Positions 22,672 to 33,350 of a stretch of 64,000 bases of DNA are shown piece after piece. Both the position numbers and the translations under genes were made by a program. The DNA lies in the NCBI GenBank assembly GCA_963774265.1, contig CAVZDU010000002.1:832001-896000 (forward strand), given 5' to 3'. Every line of letters begins with the position of its first letter. The stretch's first letter is position 1. Origin of the DNA: an uncultured Chloroflexia bacterium (lineage in GTDB: Bacteria; Chloroflexota; Anaerolineae; CG2-30-64-16). The notes beneath the pieces were generated by a model. That model was not told where the DNA came from. It worked only from the letters and a program-made list of their open reading frames with translations, and made no database searches.

Positions 22672-23843
22672 ATGTAACTCATGTAATGGCTGCAAGACTT
22701 CGCTCCAGTGGAGCGACCGTGCGGCCGATGCGACTGAGGACGGCCTCGGGTTGCTCGGCGACTTTGGCGAAAAATGATTGGCCGCAGCGATGGCGGCATC
22801 GAGTGAGCCGAAGAAGTGATCGTGCGTCACATCAGCCCGTAGCCAGCGCCAGATCTGCTCCTGCACATGGAGCTTGGGCGCATAGCTGGGTAACTGCACA
22901 AGCACGACCTGCGGGTGTTCTTTGAGCCAAGCCCGCGTGCTCTTGGATGTATAGATGCTGGCGCCATCGACAATCAGAAAGATGAAATCCGCCTCGGGAT
23001 AGGCGGAGACGATCTCATGATCGACGAACTGCTGGAAGTCGAGGCTGCGCTTATGGACGCACAACTGGAAGTGCGTTTGCCCACTGCGGCTGTTGACCGC
23101 CCCGAACATGATCTGCTTGCGGTTGTTGCCGGGCGTCTCGACCTCCCAGGGGACGCCTATCGGTGCCCAGACCCGGGTGCGGGTGGGATTGAGCGCTAAT
23201 GCGGCCTGATGCACATCCGGTACGGCCACCATCGGTTCGTCGGTGTTGCGGATCGCCTCCGCCTTCACCCTTTTGGGTCGCACTGCGGGTCGCGGCTATG
23301 CACGACCGGGATGGGCTGCTTCAGGTGGATGCCATGCTGATGCAGCAGCACCCGGACCCGCTCGGCGCTCAAGTTGACGCCGGTCTGTTGGGCCAGGTAG
23401 CCGGCCAAGAGAGCGCAGGTCCACAGCACCTGTTCCAGCCCGTACCAGCGCAGATCGTGGCGCATGGTCTCGACCAGCAGCCATTCGTAGGACTCGTCCC
23501 AGGCGACGGGGCGCCCATCGCTCCATTGACTGGATAGGCCCGCCAGCCCGTGGCTTCAAAACGATCCAACCAGCGATGCACGGTCGATTGATCGACACCC
23601 AACAACGCGGCGATCTGGGTCACCCGCCAGCCGTCTGCCGACAGCAGGATGGCGTGACTGCGATGCCCTACCTCGACCGCCGGACTGGTCTTGTATAATT
23701 CAGTCAGCGCCGCCCGTTCCTGGGCGGTCAGTTCGCGAACTTAGCACAAAGGCACGATAGGCTCCGTAAAAGCAGTTTCGTTTGGGCTGTCTGTCCGGTC
23801 TAGCTGTTATCGCCTGCCCTTGCAAGCTTTCAATGCATTACAT
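22672..23843 (-). mobile_element. IS630-family element, degenerate copy A
   Basis: Ends ATGTAA/TTACAT flanked by duplicated TA in a CTAG context; DDE fragments (LIVDGAS, LPSYAP..EQIW); CCCAAAAGGG junction between orfA and orfB. Confidence 0.85.
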
Positions 23844-24005
23844 TAGCGTCAAATGAACGCGACTGTTCGTCAGCTGGCACTCCTGGGTTTGCGAACACGG
23901 CACCCCGGAGCAACAGAGGCGTGGATGCAGCGCTACCTGGCGGATCTCTTGCTCGGATCGGAATTACTGCCCGCGCCCACGGACCGCAGCCTCTAGAGGA
24001 ACCCC

Positions 24006-24460
24006 ATGATACTCGAACCCATCGCCGTGACCTTACAAGTGATTGACGCGTTGAAGCAGGTGGGCGCGACCTGGGTCGTCGGCGGCTCGCTCGCCAGCAC
24101 AATCCATGGTGTGGTGCGCACCACGTTGGATGTCGATATCGTCGCCGACCTGAGCTTCAACAGGCGCAGCCACTTGCTGATCTTCTGACGGGCAAGTTCT
24201 ACCTCGACAACGGCGCCGTCCGCTAGGCGATCTGCCAACGCAGCAGCTGCAATGTGATCCACCTGGATACTATGTTCAAGGTCGACATTGTTATATCCAA
24301 GGGCAGGCCCTTTGACCGGTAGCAGTTGGACCGGCGCCAGCCATAGATTGTAAATCGTAGATCCCACTCCCGGTCGCACAATCGATGTGGCTATCCCGGA
24401 AGACACCATCTTGACCGAGCTGGTGCGGCGCCGTCTGAGCGATGAGATATCCGATCTGCA
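24006..24460 (+). pseudogene. Nucleotidyltransferase-fold (toxin-antitoxin-like) gene remnant
   Basis: VVGGSLAS..HG..RTTLDVDIV motif; continuation (CNVIHLDTMFKVDI, PEDTIL) broken by stops and frameshifts. Confidence 0.65.
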
Positions 24461-24464
24461 GCTC

Positions 24465-27400
24465 TCACGGCTGAACGTCGAGGTCACTCAGCAACACCTC
24501 GGCATCCGGCCATAGCTGGCCGTGTTCATTCCGAACCGGCAGGCGCACACTTGCCGCCTGCAAATCATACAGGCCCGTCGACAGGCGGTAGATGCCCGGC
24601 GGCGTGCCGGACGGGATCTTAAGAACCGCCCGGTCGGCAACCATCTCGCCCGGCTGCCAGCTCCAGGTGGGATTAGCGCCGCCTTGAGGCAAGTCGTCAA
24701 CGCCGGCAATCAGAACCCCCTCGACGCTCAATAGATGCACGAAACGGGTGAAGCTGGCGCTCGTGGTCTGCTCGCTCTTGAAGTGCAGCGTGAGAGTCAA
24801 GGCCTGGCCTGCGTGAAGCCCGGTATCAGGCATCTGCAGATCATAACCCTCCAGCGACGCTAGCCCGTCGAAGTGGGCGTTGACCGACCGTTCCGGGACG
24901 CGTGACTCAGAGTTGATGATTTTGATCGGCGGCAGTCGCAGACCATCGGGCAGAGGCTGGCCTTCAGCGCCGAAAGCTGGTAGGCGGACGCCCGTGTCGA
25001 AGTCATAGAGCCCCACAGACGGCCAGTACAGCCCGCTGAGCGCCCCAGGCGGAATTCGCAGGAGATACCAGTCCCTCTGCAATCGATAGGAGTCCCAAAG
25101 CAGCGCCGGACGGAAGATGGGCCCCGGCAGTTGGTCCTGTTGTGCAAGTGGCTGGCCTGCATGGTCCACGAGATGCACGAAGCCGTGGTAGCTACGGGAG
25201 GCCGGAGAGAATGCCTGCCAATACAACGTATAGGCCACGCTATCCCCGGGGTGAGCCACAAGGAGTTGACCCGTTCTCACTTGTGGCTGGCCGCTTGCAT
25301 GAACATCATAACCAGCCAGGCCGAGCGCGTCGCCCAGGCGCGCTTCAGCCGCATGGCTCGGCACTTGAGTCTCATCCGGGACCGACTTGGACAGTGTCAG
25401 ATTCCCAAGCCGACGCCACGTTGTGATGCCCGCAGACGCGGGTGGCTGCACCGCCAGCTGATAAGTCCCAGCCGGCAGTCCGGGCGGTAGTGCCACTTGG
25501 TAAGCATCCCGAATCAGCGTCCCGGTCGGCCAGTTGCGAGCGCTGGACGTGTTGTACCAGGGCGCGCTGACGGTCTCGGCGAGGACTCGGCCAGCAGAAT
25601 CAAGCACACCCCAACGAACGCGCCATTCGGCCGACTGCGACGCGGTCACGAACCATTCCGGGTAAACGTAGAGATAGGGATAGTGGCGGGCGGGCGTACC
25701 GAGCTCGAACCGATAGCCGGCCAGGCGCAGCCCTGGCCCAGTCACTTCCTCCGCGGGCGGCCGGATGACTGCCTGGGTCCGCGGCCAGACGGTTGCCATG
25801 ACCCCGGCAACGAGCAAACCTAGCAGCAGAATCGCCCAGCCGCGACCCACCCGGCCGCGACCTGACTGGACGAGCAGCACGGCCAGCGTCACCAGGGTCA
25901 GAATGCCGCCAATACGCCGATCACGCGTTGCCTCAAAGCTCAGGTCCAGCCGATGTGAACCAGCCGGTACATCGACGGTGAGCAGACCAAGGTTTGTGCT
26001 CGGGTAAGCCGGTACAATCTGGCCGTCGAGCAGCACCCGCCAACTGGGAAAGTAGTATGTGCTGAAGCGCAGCGGCCCACCTGTGTCACTGATAACAGTG
26101 CCTCGCAGATCGTAGGCATTGCCGGCATCGGGCACGAACTCACCCTCGATGCCCGGCAGGTCCGGTTCGACTGCAAGTTCCACAGCTTCGGTGGCCCAAC
26201 GCGGCCGAAACTCCTGCAGGCTGCTTGTGCCGAGTGTGTGCGCGTCCACTTCCACCTGGGCCGTCACCGCTGCCGAAACGTCGCTGCTCCCCTCAAAGAA
26301 GAGCTGGCCCCAGTTCAGTCGCACCCCATTGGCAGCCAGGATGAGGACCAACAGGCCCAAGGTTACAGCCGCTCGCAGTCGGCCCAGACGGAGACACCGC
26401 ACAATTCCGCAACTGAACAGCGCCAGGCTCAAGGACACAATGGAGAGCAGCCGCCAGGGGAACTGAACCGCCTGCAGCGTTGGGTTGCTGAGCCAGATCG
26501 GCAGCGCCCACGTGCCGATTCCCAGGCAGGCCAACAGGGCAAGGACGGCCCAAAAAAGCCACTCTGCATCCCAACGCCGAGCGAGGATAGCCCCAGCAAA
26601 AGCCAGCCCCACTTGCACCAGGCCCAGCCGGAAAGGAATCGCAGTAGAATAGCCGTACGCTAATCCCGTATCCAGAAAGCTGCGCCAAGTCCAGGCATTC
26701 TCGTGCAGGAAGACACGGGCAACAACCAGGCTCGCGTCGGTGATGTACGAACGTTCGGCCAACACCGGCAGCCAGAAGAAGGCGCTGAGCCCCAATGCGA
26801 TAACCCCGCCGGCAACGACCGGGCCGAGCGCGGCGACGCGCCTCCCGCTTTGCCACCACAAGACCGCGACGTAAGCCAGCCAGGGCAGCGGCACAAACAG
26901 CAGCGTAAGGTTATGAGCCAACACCAGTGCGGCCAAAGCAAGAGATGCCGGCAGCACATGACGCCAGGGGCGCACGCTGCAAATCAGGCCGCGTGCACCC
27001 CAAAACACCCAGGGCAGCAGCGCCTGGGCCAGCGCCTCGGGCAGCGCTCCGCGCACGAAGACATTGGTCAGAAAATAAGGGGCGAACATGTAGGCTGCAG
27101 CCGCCACCAGCGCCGCCCCCTGCCCATAGGGACCGAAGACAGCGCGGGCCAGCAGATACATGCCACAGCCGGCGACGAGGATCAGCAGCCCGCTTGCGAT
27201 GGCGTAGGCCAGGTAGTAGCTGGCGCCCAGCAGACGCCAGAGCTCAATCACGTAGTAGGCCAACGGCGCGTAGTAGTTGAAGACCGGGTAACCGTGCCCC
27301 AACATCAACTCGGGGAACCAGCGTGGATATAGCGTGCCATGCCGCAGACCATAATCAAGCGCAGCCACGCGCGCGAGGTGGATGTGGCTGTCCACACCCC

Positions 27401-27719
27401 GCGGCAACCCGTTGGCAAAAACAGACCAAAGCGCCGACAAAGCCAGCAGCGGCACAGCGACCCAAGGGTGCGCCGCGCCCCAGGTGGCGAACGAAGTCAG
27501 GCCGGGGGTCGCAGCCTGCCCATCGGCCGGGAAAGACGGAGGCCGCGACCAGAAGGGCCAGTATGGCAGGTTTGGCTTCCGGCCTCGGCGCGCACGACCA
27601 ACGATGCTCCGCTCATCGGCAGATTCTTGCCCCATAATGCTCCCTTTGCCGGCCACATCGGCGCGAAGCCGAAACCGTTTTCCGCTCGTCATTATAGGTC
27701 CGGAAGATCGCGTTGGCAA
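24465..27719 (-). CDS. Large GT-C glycosyltransferase-like membrane protein (PTPS-related family) with repeated C-terminal extracellular domains
   Basis: YPRWFP..GHGYPVFNYYAP, RGALPE, QFPWR, YYFPSW; repeated FVHL..W.PG..D..PPG.Y modules; true start probably ~27635. Confidence 0.8.
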   Translation of the reverse strand: MPTRSSGPIMTSGKRFRLRADVAGKGSIMGQESADERSIVGRARRGRKPNLPYWPFWSRPPSFPADGQAATPGLTSFATWGAAHPWVAVPLLALSALWSVFANGLPRGVDSHIHLARVAALDYGLRHGTLYPRWFPELMLGHGYPVFNYYAPLAYYVIELWRLLGASYYLAYAIASGLLILVAGCGMYLLARAVFGPYGQGAALVAAAAYMFAPYFLTNVFVRGALPEALAQALLPWVFWGARGLICSVRPWRHVLPASLALAALVLAHNLTLLFVPLPWLAYVAVLWWQSGRRVAALGPVVAGGVIALGLSAFFWLPVLAERSYITDASLVVARVFLHENAWTWRSFLDTGLAYGYSTAIPFRLGLVQVGLAFAGAILARRWDAEWLFWAVLALLACLGIGTWALPIWLSNPTLQAVQFPWRLLSIVSLSLALFSCGIVRCLRLGRLRAAVTLGLLVLILAANGVRLNWGQLFFEGSSDVSAAVTAQVEVDAHTLGTSSLQEFRPRWATEAVELAVEPDLPGIEGEFVPDAGNAYDLRGTVISDTGGPLRFSTYYFPSWRVLLDGQIVPAYPSTNLGLLTVDVPAGSHRLDLSFEATRDRRIGGILTLVTLAVLLVQSGRGRVGRGWAILLLGLLVAGVMATVWPRTQAVIRPPAEEVTGPGLRLAGYRFELGTPARHYPYLYVYPEWFVTASQSAEWRVRWGVLDSAGRVLAETVSAPWYNTSSARNWPTGTLIRDAYQVALPPGLPAGTYQLAVQPPASAGITTWRRLGNLTLSKSVPDETQVPSHAAEARLGDALGLAGYDVHASGQPQVRTGQLLVAHPGDSVAYTLYWQAFSPASRSYHGFVHLVDHAGQPLAQQDQLPGPIFRPALLWDSYRLQRDWYLLRIPPGALSGLYWPSVGLYDFDTGVRLPAFGAEGQPLPDGLRLPPIKIINSESRVPERSVNAHFDGLASLEGYDLQMPDTGLHAGQALTLTLHFKSEQTTSASFTRFVHLLSVEGVLIAGVDDLPQGGANPTWSWQPGEMVADRAVLKIPSGTPPGIYRLSTGLYDLQAASVRLPVRNEHGQLWPDAEVLLSDLDVQP

Positions 27720-27830
27720 ACGACTGATCGCGCCGATCCGTCAAGATTGGTTGTAAAGGGGCAATTTGTGTATGATCCCACATAGATATCGTATCACGCG
27801 GCCTTTCAGCCAAAGCAGGGCATACCATTT

Positions 27831-28082
27831 ATGGTGCTGTCGCGTCGCGCCAACAGACGGCAACTTCAGGGGATCCTAATCCTGGAGAGCATTCTGCTCA
27901 TCCTCAGCCTGGGCAGAGCGCGTCTGATCCTCCCGTCGCTCGCAGCCAGCGGAAGCAACCACAGCGTGGTGGTGATCACCGAATTCGTGGCTGCAGGCCA
28001 AACTACGCTGGCCGAGGAGGACGGCGAGTATCACGATTGGGTCGAGCTGCACAACCGCAGCAGGCGAAGCGTTAACTTGCTA
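27831..28082 (+). pseudogene. Lamin-tail-domain protein, N-terminal fragment truncated by IS630
   Basis: VVITEFVAAG..DEDGEYHDWVELHN-type motif ending at the IS end. Confidence 0.7.
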
Positions 28083-28942
28083 ATGTAACTCGTGTAATGG
28101 CTGCAAGACTTCGCTCCAGTGGAGCGACCGTGCGGCCGATGCGACTGAGGACAGCTGCCGGTTGCTCGGCCACTTTTGCGAAAAAGCGCCGGGCTGCGGC
28201 CACAGCAGCGTCGAGCGAGCCGAAGAAGTGATCGTGCGTCACGTCGGCCCGCAGCCAGTGCCAGATCTGCTCCTGCAGATTGAGCGTCGGGGCGTAGCTG
28301 GGCAACGGCACGAGCACAATCCGCGGGCGCTCTTTGAGCCAGGCCCGCGTGCTCTTGGACCTGTAGATGCTGGCGCCATCTACAATCAGAAAGATGAAAT
28401 CCGCCTCGGGATAGGCGGAGACGATCTCATGATCGACGAACTGCTGGAAGTCGAGGCTGCGCTTATGGACGCGCAACTGGAAGTGCGTTTGCCCACTGCG
28501 GCTGTTGACGGCCCCGAACATGACCTGCTTGCGGTTGTTGCCGGGCGTCTCGACTTCCCAGGGCTCACCCACGAGTGTTCAGACTCGGGTGCGGGTCGGG
28601 TTGAAGGCCAGTTCGGCCTGATCGACATCCAACACCGCGACGGTCGGTTCGCCGGTATTGGGGACGTCTCCGCCTTCACCCTTTTGGGTCGTACTGCGAG
28701 TCGCGGCTATGCACGACCGGGATGGGCTGCTTGAGATGGAGGCCATGCTGATGCAATAGCACCCGCACGCGTTCGGCGCTCAGGCTGATTCCCGTCTGCT
28801 GGGCCAGGTAACCGCCAAGAGCGAGCACGTCCACACCGATTGCTCCAGTCCGTACCAGCGCAGATCGTGGCGCATGGTCTCGACCAGCAGCCATTCGTAG
28901 GACTCGTCCCAGGCGACGGGGCGCCCATCGCTCCATTGACTA

Positions 28943-30062
28943 AGTAGGTAACAGAAAATTCGGGGCACTTCTTCGTTGCCTGATATACTGGGGTTACGGA
29001 GGGTGCCATGATCTATGTACGAACACCAACGGATGCTGAACTGCAAGAGCTCAAGCGAATGACCCGCCATGAGATCGGGCGGGTTAGCCAACGAGCGCAG
29101 ATGGTTCTGCTCTCAGCGCAGCAGCGCACGGTGCCTGAGATCGCCGTCATCTTTGGCGTCAAGTACAAGACCGTGCGCAAATGGCTCCGCCGCTTCAATG
29201 CGGCCGGGCCGGCCGGACTGTATGATGAGCCGCGCAGTGGGCGGCCGCGGACGCTGACCGACCGTGTCCGTGACACTTTGGTCGACATGAGCGAGCAGGA
29301 TCCCGAGCAGTCGGACTATCCCGCGACCTTGTGGACGGTTGCGATGCTGGCCTTAGCCTTGGCCGAGAAGATCGGCGTGTATCTGAGCCATAGCACCCTG
29401 CGTCAGACGCTGCATGCGGCCGGCCTGGCCTGGAGCCGCCCACGACTCGCCATGCCCCGCAAGACTGATCCGCAGAAGGCGGCCAAGCAGTGGGCAATAG
29501 TGCAGGCCGTGATTGGGGCTGGCCCAGCTGCAGTCGTGCTGTACGCCGACGAATCGCGCATCCAGATGCTACCGTTGATTCGAGCAATGTGGCATCGGCT
29601 GGGCCAGCAGATCCGTGTCCCGACGCCCGGCAGCAATCAGACGCGCAGCCTATTTGGAGCGCTCAACATTCGCACGGGCCAGTGGACGTGGTTGATCCGC
29701 GAGCATATGCACAAAGAAGACTTCATCACTTTCCTGGAACACCTGTTGACGGTGTATGCCAGCGGTCCGATCATTCTGATCGTCGATAACTACTCCAGCC
29801 ATACGGCTAAGGCCATCGATGCCTGGCTGACTGAGCACCCGCGACTCCAGTTGCACTACCTGCCGAAGTACTGCTCGCATCTGAATCCGGTTGAGAACAT
29901 CTGGCTGCGTCTCAAAGGCCAGACCGCCGCTGACCGCTTGTACGGTTCGCTGCATGGTCTGCTGGACGCCGTCACACGCTTCTTCGACCATATGACGCCA
30001 GCGATGGCGTTGACCTGGGCCAGTCTCGACTGAAAAGTGACCCGTACTTTTTGTGACATACT
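28943..30062 (+). mobile_element. Nested intact IS630-family element
   Basis: Imperfect IRs AGTAGGTAACAGAAAATTCGGG / CCCGTACTTTTTGTGACATACT; TA duplicated at 28941-42 and 30063-64; the host IS sequence rejoins across it. Confidence 0.9.
29008..30033 (+). CDS. IS630 family transposase
   Basis: HTH plus RSGRP, YADE, IVDNYSSH, LPKYCSHLNPVENIW. Confidence 0.93.
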   Translation: MIYVRTPTDAELQELKRMTRHEIGRVSQRAQMVLLSAQQRTVPEIAVIFGVKYKTVRKWLRRFNAAGPAGLYDEPRSGRPRTLTDRVRDTLVDMSEQDPEQSDYPATLWTVAMLALALAEKIGVYLSHSTLRQTLHAAGLAWSRPRLAMPRKTDPQKAAKQWAIVQAVIGAGPAAVVLYADESRIQMLPLIRAMWHRLGQQIRVPTPGSNQTRSLFGALNIRTGQWTWLIREHMHKEDFITFLEHLLTVYASGPIILIVDNYSSHTAKAIDAWLTEHPRLQLHYLPKYCSHLNPVENIWLRLKGQTAADRLYGSLHGLLDAVTRFFDHMTPAMALTWASLD

Positions 30063-30395
30063 TAGATAGGCCCGCCAGCCCGTGGCTTCAAAACGATCCA
30101 ACCAGCGATGCACGGTCGATAGATCGACACCCAACAACGCGGCGATCTGGGTCACCCGCCAGCCATCCGCCGACAGCAGGATGGCATGGCTGCGATGCAC
30201 CAGTTCGGTCACCGGGCTGGTTTTGTACAGCTCGGTTAGCGCCGCCCGTTCGTGGGCGGTCAGTTCTCGCACATGTCGCAAGGGAAGGATACACTCCGCA
30301 AGCGCAGTCTCACTGGGCTGACCCGTCCAGTCTACCTGCTACCGGAGGTCTTGCAACCTTTCGATGGTTTACATTAGCACCTCTGACATCACCCG

Positions 30396-31835
30396 TTATT
30401 GGCCGTGGAATACGATAGCCCGATCGTAGATGATCTCGGTGAACGCCGGCCCGACCGCTGTAGCTGGCTCAAGGTACGCTCGGAACCCCATCCACATGTC
30501 GGGTGGATCATTATTCAGGTCTAGCCTGGCGCAAGTAGTCGTTATCGGTGTGCAGTGCGCTTCCTCGTGACAGTCACGGGCAAACTTCCAGGCATACAAC
30601 GTATCCGGCGCGTTTGCCAGGTAATCCCGAGCGCTTCCTGGGAAGTTGCCGCTCTGCTCGCTGACCAGGCCCAGCAGCAGGTCTTCGCCGTAGATGTCGT
30701 GGCCCGCGTATACGCTGGCGTTCGAGTAGGTCGCTTTTCCGGTTGCCTCGTGGTTGGCCCCGTAAACGATCACGAAGTCATTCGGGCCAAGCCGAAACTC
30801 CGGGACGGTCCGCAAGTACACTGTGTCGCGCGACGGCCCCCACTGGTCGATCCCCCGCTGCAGCCCGTCGTAGCCGTCCGTCAGCCAGACCTGCGTGGTC
30901 TGCTCCTCGCGCGGCACGCTACTATGCCGTGCCAGAATGGCCTGGCGCAGACCTTCGACGGCAGGCATCAGGTCCATCTCGGTCCGTCCTGTGCCCCGTA
31001 CCCTGAGCGGTGGGGCCGGGAATGGATCGGGCGCGGCGCCGACGAGCGTCACACGCAACGCCACCTGTGGCGCGTCCAGGTACTTATTGAGGGCGTCTTC
31101 ATATCCAGGTTTGGGCCGGAACATCCTTTGCGTGAAGTTGAAGATATCGGTGTTCTCATCGTTGCCTAAGCGGGTTAGGGCGCTCGGTACGACCAGCGTG
31201 TTGAGGATGCTCGCCGGATAGCCCGCCTGGCGAGCGGCCGCCTGCACCCGCTCGTCAACACCCCGATCGGCGGTCAGTATGACGATCGTGTCCTTGTCGA
31301 ATGGGTCCGACGCTGGCCCGCTCGTGCGAATCGTCAGGTTGTTGACGGTGTCACCAAGCGGCGCCAGAAGCTCCACCCAGGTCTGTTGCCTTTCGTCCCA
31401 TCGCCAGGCCAGGAACGATTGGACGCTGAAGTAGCTCGTCGGGGGTGGGGTGCGGCCCACGATGATGATGGCCTCGTTGGCGGCCAGCCGGAAGAGCAAG
31501 GGAGACCCGGTCGGAGCTTGTCCGGGCGCATCCGGCACCTGGACCATCTTGTACGGCGCCCCGGCGTTATTGCACTCGCAGGTAGGGATTTGGTTGCTGC
31601 AACAAAGGGTAACAAAGTCCATGCGAGCCAGTTGCCCCTGCTGAACCGCAAACCCCTTCTTCTCAAGGGCCGCGGTGAAGCGAGCGATATCTTGCGGGGT
31701 TCCGATGGGCCCCGCCAACTGGCCCGCAGGGACATCGGGGGACGCACCTGCGGTCGAGGATCCCGCGCTGCTGGTACAGAGCAGCATGGCAACGACGACG
31801 GCAGTCGGGAGCCAGGTCAGTCTTATTGTCTTCAT
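30396..31835 (-). CDS. Secreted hypothetical protein
   Basis: GGAGG RBS, signal peptide MKTIRLTW...; Cys-containing, ~479 aa. Confidence 0.75.
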   Translation of the reverse strand: MKTIRLTWLPTAVVVAMLLCTSSAGSSTAGASPDVPAGQLAGPIGTPQDIARFTAALEKKGFAVQQGQLARMDFVTLCCSNQIPTCECNNAGAPYKMVQVPDAPGQAPTGSPLLFRLAANEAIIIVGRTPPPTSYFSVQSFLAWRWDERQQTWVELLAPLGDTVNNLTIRTSGPASDPFDKDTIVILTADRGVDERVQAAARQAGYPASILNTLVVPSALTRLGNDENTDIFNFTQRMFRPKPGYEDALNKYLDAPQVALRVTLVGAAPDPFPAPPLRVRGTGRTEMDLMPAVEGLRQAILARHSSVPREEQTTQVWLTDGYDGLQRGIDQWGPSRDTVYLRTVPEFRLGPNDFVIVYGANHEATGKATYSNASVYAGHDIYGEDLLLGLVSEQSGNFPGSARDYLANAPDTLYAWKFARDCHEEAHCTPITTTCARLDLNNDPPDMWMGFRAYLEPATAVGPAFTEIIYDRAIVFHGQ

Positions 31836-31854
31836 TGTTTCCTCCAATTCAAGA

Positions 31855-31912
31855 CAACACCTCCGACCAACACCAAAGTGTCTATACACTAACACCGTAT
31901 TGTCGATATTCT
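31855..31912 (+). promoter_or_regulatory. Orphan CAACACC operator/promoter, copy 4
   Basis: CAACACC at 31855 and 31868, TAACACC at 31890, TATTCT at 31907; no adjacent regulator. Confidence 0.75.
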
Positions 31913-32025
31913 ACTTGTGACTTGAGCAAACGGACGAATGGCACCAGGCGCCGCAGACGAGATGGTTGAGTGGTGGGGCGTCATCAAGAGTGTGACGCCT
32001 GGCGCACAGAGAGAAGGGACCAACC

Positions 32026-32595
32026 ATGGATATGAAACTAATCATCATCATAGGGTTCTCGTACTTGTATGGATTCTTTGAAGTCTTTATGGCCTTAAGA
32101 CAGAGAGGAAAAAGTACTACTACAGCTTCGGGCGATAAAGGGAGTCTATGGTTGTTGTATATCCTGATAACGGTTGGCTATGCCTTGTCATTTTCAATAG
32201 GCGCAACAAGAATCGGCAGGATGAATCATTGGGATGCCTTTTTTGCAGTTGGAGTCGTAACGGCTCTGACAGGATTGATCATCAGGGTGCGTTCCATACT
32301 GACCCTCAAACAATACTTCACATATTCCGTTGCACACACCGAGAATCACAAGTTGATTGAAACAGGGCTATACAAAATCATTAGGCATCCCGGGTATCTG
32401 GGGCAATTGATGATATTCGCGGGGATCTCTATTTCATTATCGAATTGGTTAGCAGTTCTCTTAATGATGACTCCGATTACGATAGGGTATGTCTACCGAA
32501 TAAAAGTGGAAGAAGACTTCATGATTGAACAGATGGGAGAAAGTTACTTGAATTATCAAAAACGGACAAAACGAATGATCCCAATGATCTATTAA
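32026..32595 (+). CDS. Isoprenylcysteine carboxylmethyltransferase (ICMT/PEMT) family membrane protein
   Basis: [25 protein letters not shown]; AT-rich. Confidence 0.88.
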   Translation: MDMKLIIIIGFSYLYGFFEVFMALRQRGKSTTTASGDKGSLWLLYILITVGYALSFSIGATRIGRMNHWDAFFAVGVVTALTGLIIRVRSILTLKQYFTYSVAHTENHKLIETGLYKIIRHPGYLGQLMIFAGISISLSNWLAVLLMMTPITIGYVYRIKVEEDFMIEQMGESYLNYQKRTKRMIPMIY

Positions 32596-32608
32596 AAGGA
32601 GTAGTCCC

Positions 32609-33295
32609 GTGGAAAAACCAATCATCCTGGCTCGAAACATACACAAGACCTTCCGCAACGGCAAGATCGAGGTGCATGCCCTGCGCGGCGTGGATCTGTC
32701 CATCGCGGCCGGCGAGATGGTGGCCGTGATGGGGCCATCGGGGTGCGGCAAGACGACATTGATCAACTGCCTTTCCGGCCTGGACAGCTTCGATTCGGGA
32801 GAGGTGGAAATCGAAGGCACCTCCCTGCGGGCGATGAGCGACCGGGCGCGCACCAGCTATCGGGCCAGACGCATGGGCTTCGTGTTCCAAACCTTCAACC
32901 TGCTCCCCGTCATCACTGCGGTGGAGAACGTCGAACTGCCCCTCCTGCTCAGCCGCGTCCGCCCGCGGGAGGCCCGGCAGCGGGCTTTGCGCGGCCTGAC
33001 CCAGGTGGGACTGGCCGATCGGGCGGAGCATCGCCCGGCGGAGCTCTCCGGCGGAGAGCGCCAACGGGTTACCATCGCGCGGGCGCTGGCCAGCCAACCC
33101 GCGATCGTCTGGGCCGACGAGCCCACCGGCAACCTGGACACCGTGGCGGCCACGGATGTGCTCACGCTCATGCGCGACTTGAACCGGGAACAAGGTCAAA
33201 CCTTCGTGATCGTCACCCATGACCCCCATATCGGTGATCTGTGCGACCGCGTCATTCGCATGCAGGATGGGGCGATCGTGGCGATGGCACGATGA
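32609..33295 (+). CDS. ABC transporter ATP-binding protein (LolD/MacB type)
   Basis: [30 protein letters not shown]. Confidence 0.95.
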   Translation: MEKPIILARNIHKTFRNGKIEVHALRGVDLSIAAGEMVAVMGPSGCGKTTLINCLSGLDSFDSGEVEIEGTSLRAMSDRARTSYRARRMGFVFQTFNLLPVITAVENVELPLLLSRVRPREARQRALRGLTQVGLADRAEHRPAELSGGERQRVTIARALASQPAIVWADEPTGNLDTVAATDVLTLMRDLNREQGQTFVIVTHDPHIGDLCDRVIRMQDGAIVAMAR

Positions 33296-33350
33296 TGTAG
33301 CCGATCCCGCACCGGACGTCCGGCCGGGCGGCAGGGGAATAGGAGCAACC

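Larger units (their letters stand above)
28083..30374 (-). mobile_element. IS630-family element copy B, interrupted by a nested IS630
   Basis: Same ATGTAA/TTACAT ends with TA duplication; highly similar to 22672..23843. Confidence 0.88.

Noticed and set aside
22672-30374. Active composite transposon
   Set aside because: Both flanking copies are degenerate and diverged, and a TA duplication cannot discriminate.
8571-31912. CAACACC clusters as CRISPR repeats
   Set aside because: Dispersed single units with no spacer array and no cas genes; their position fits operators.
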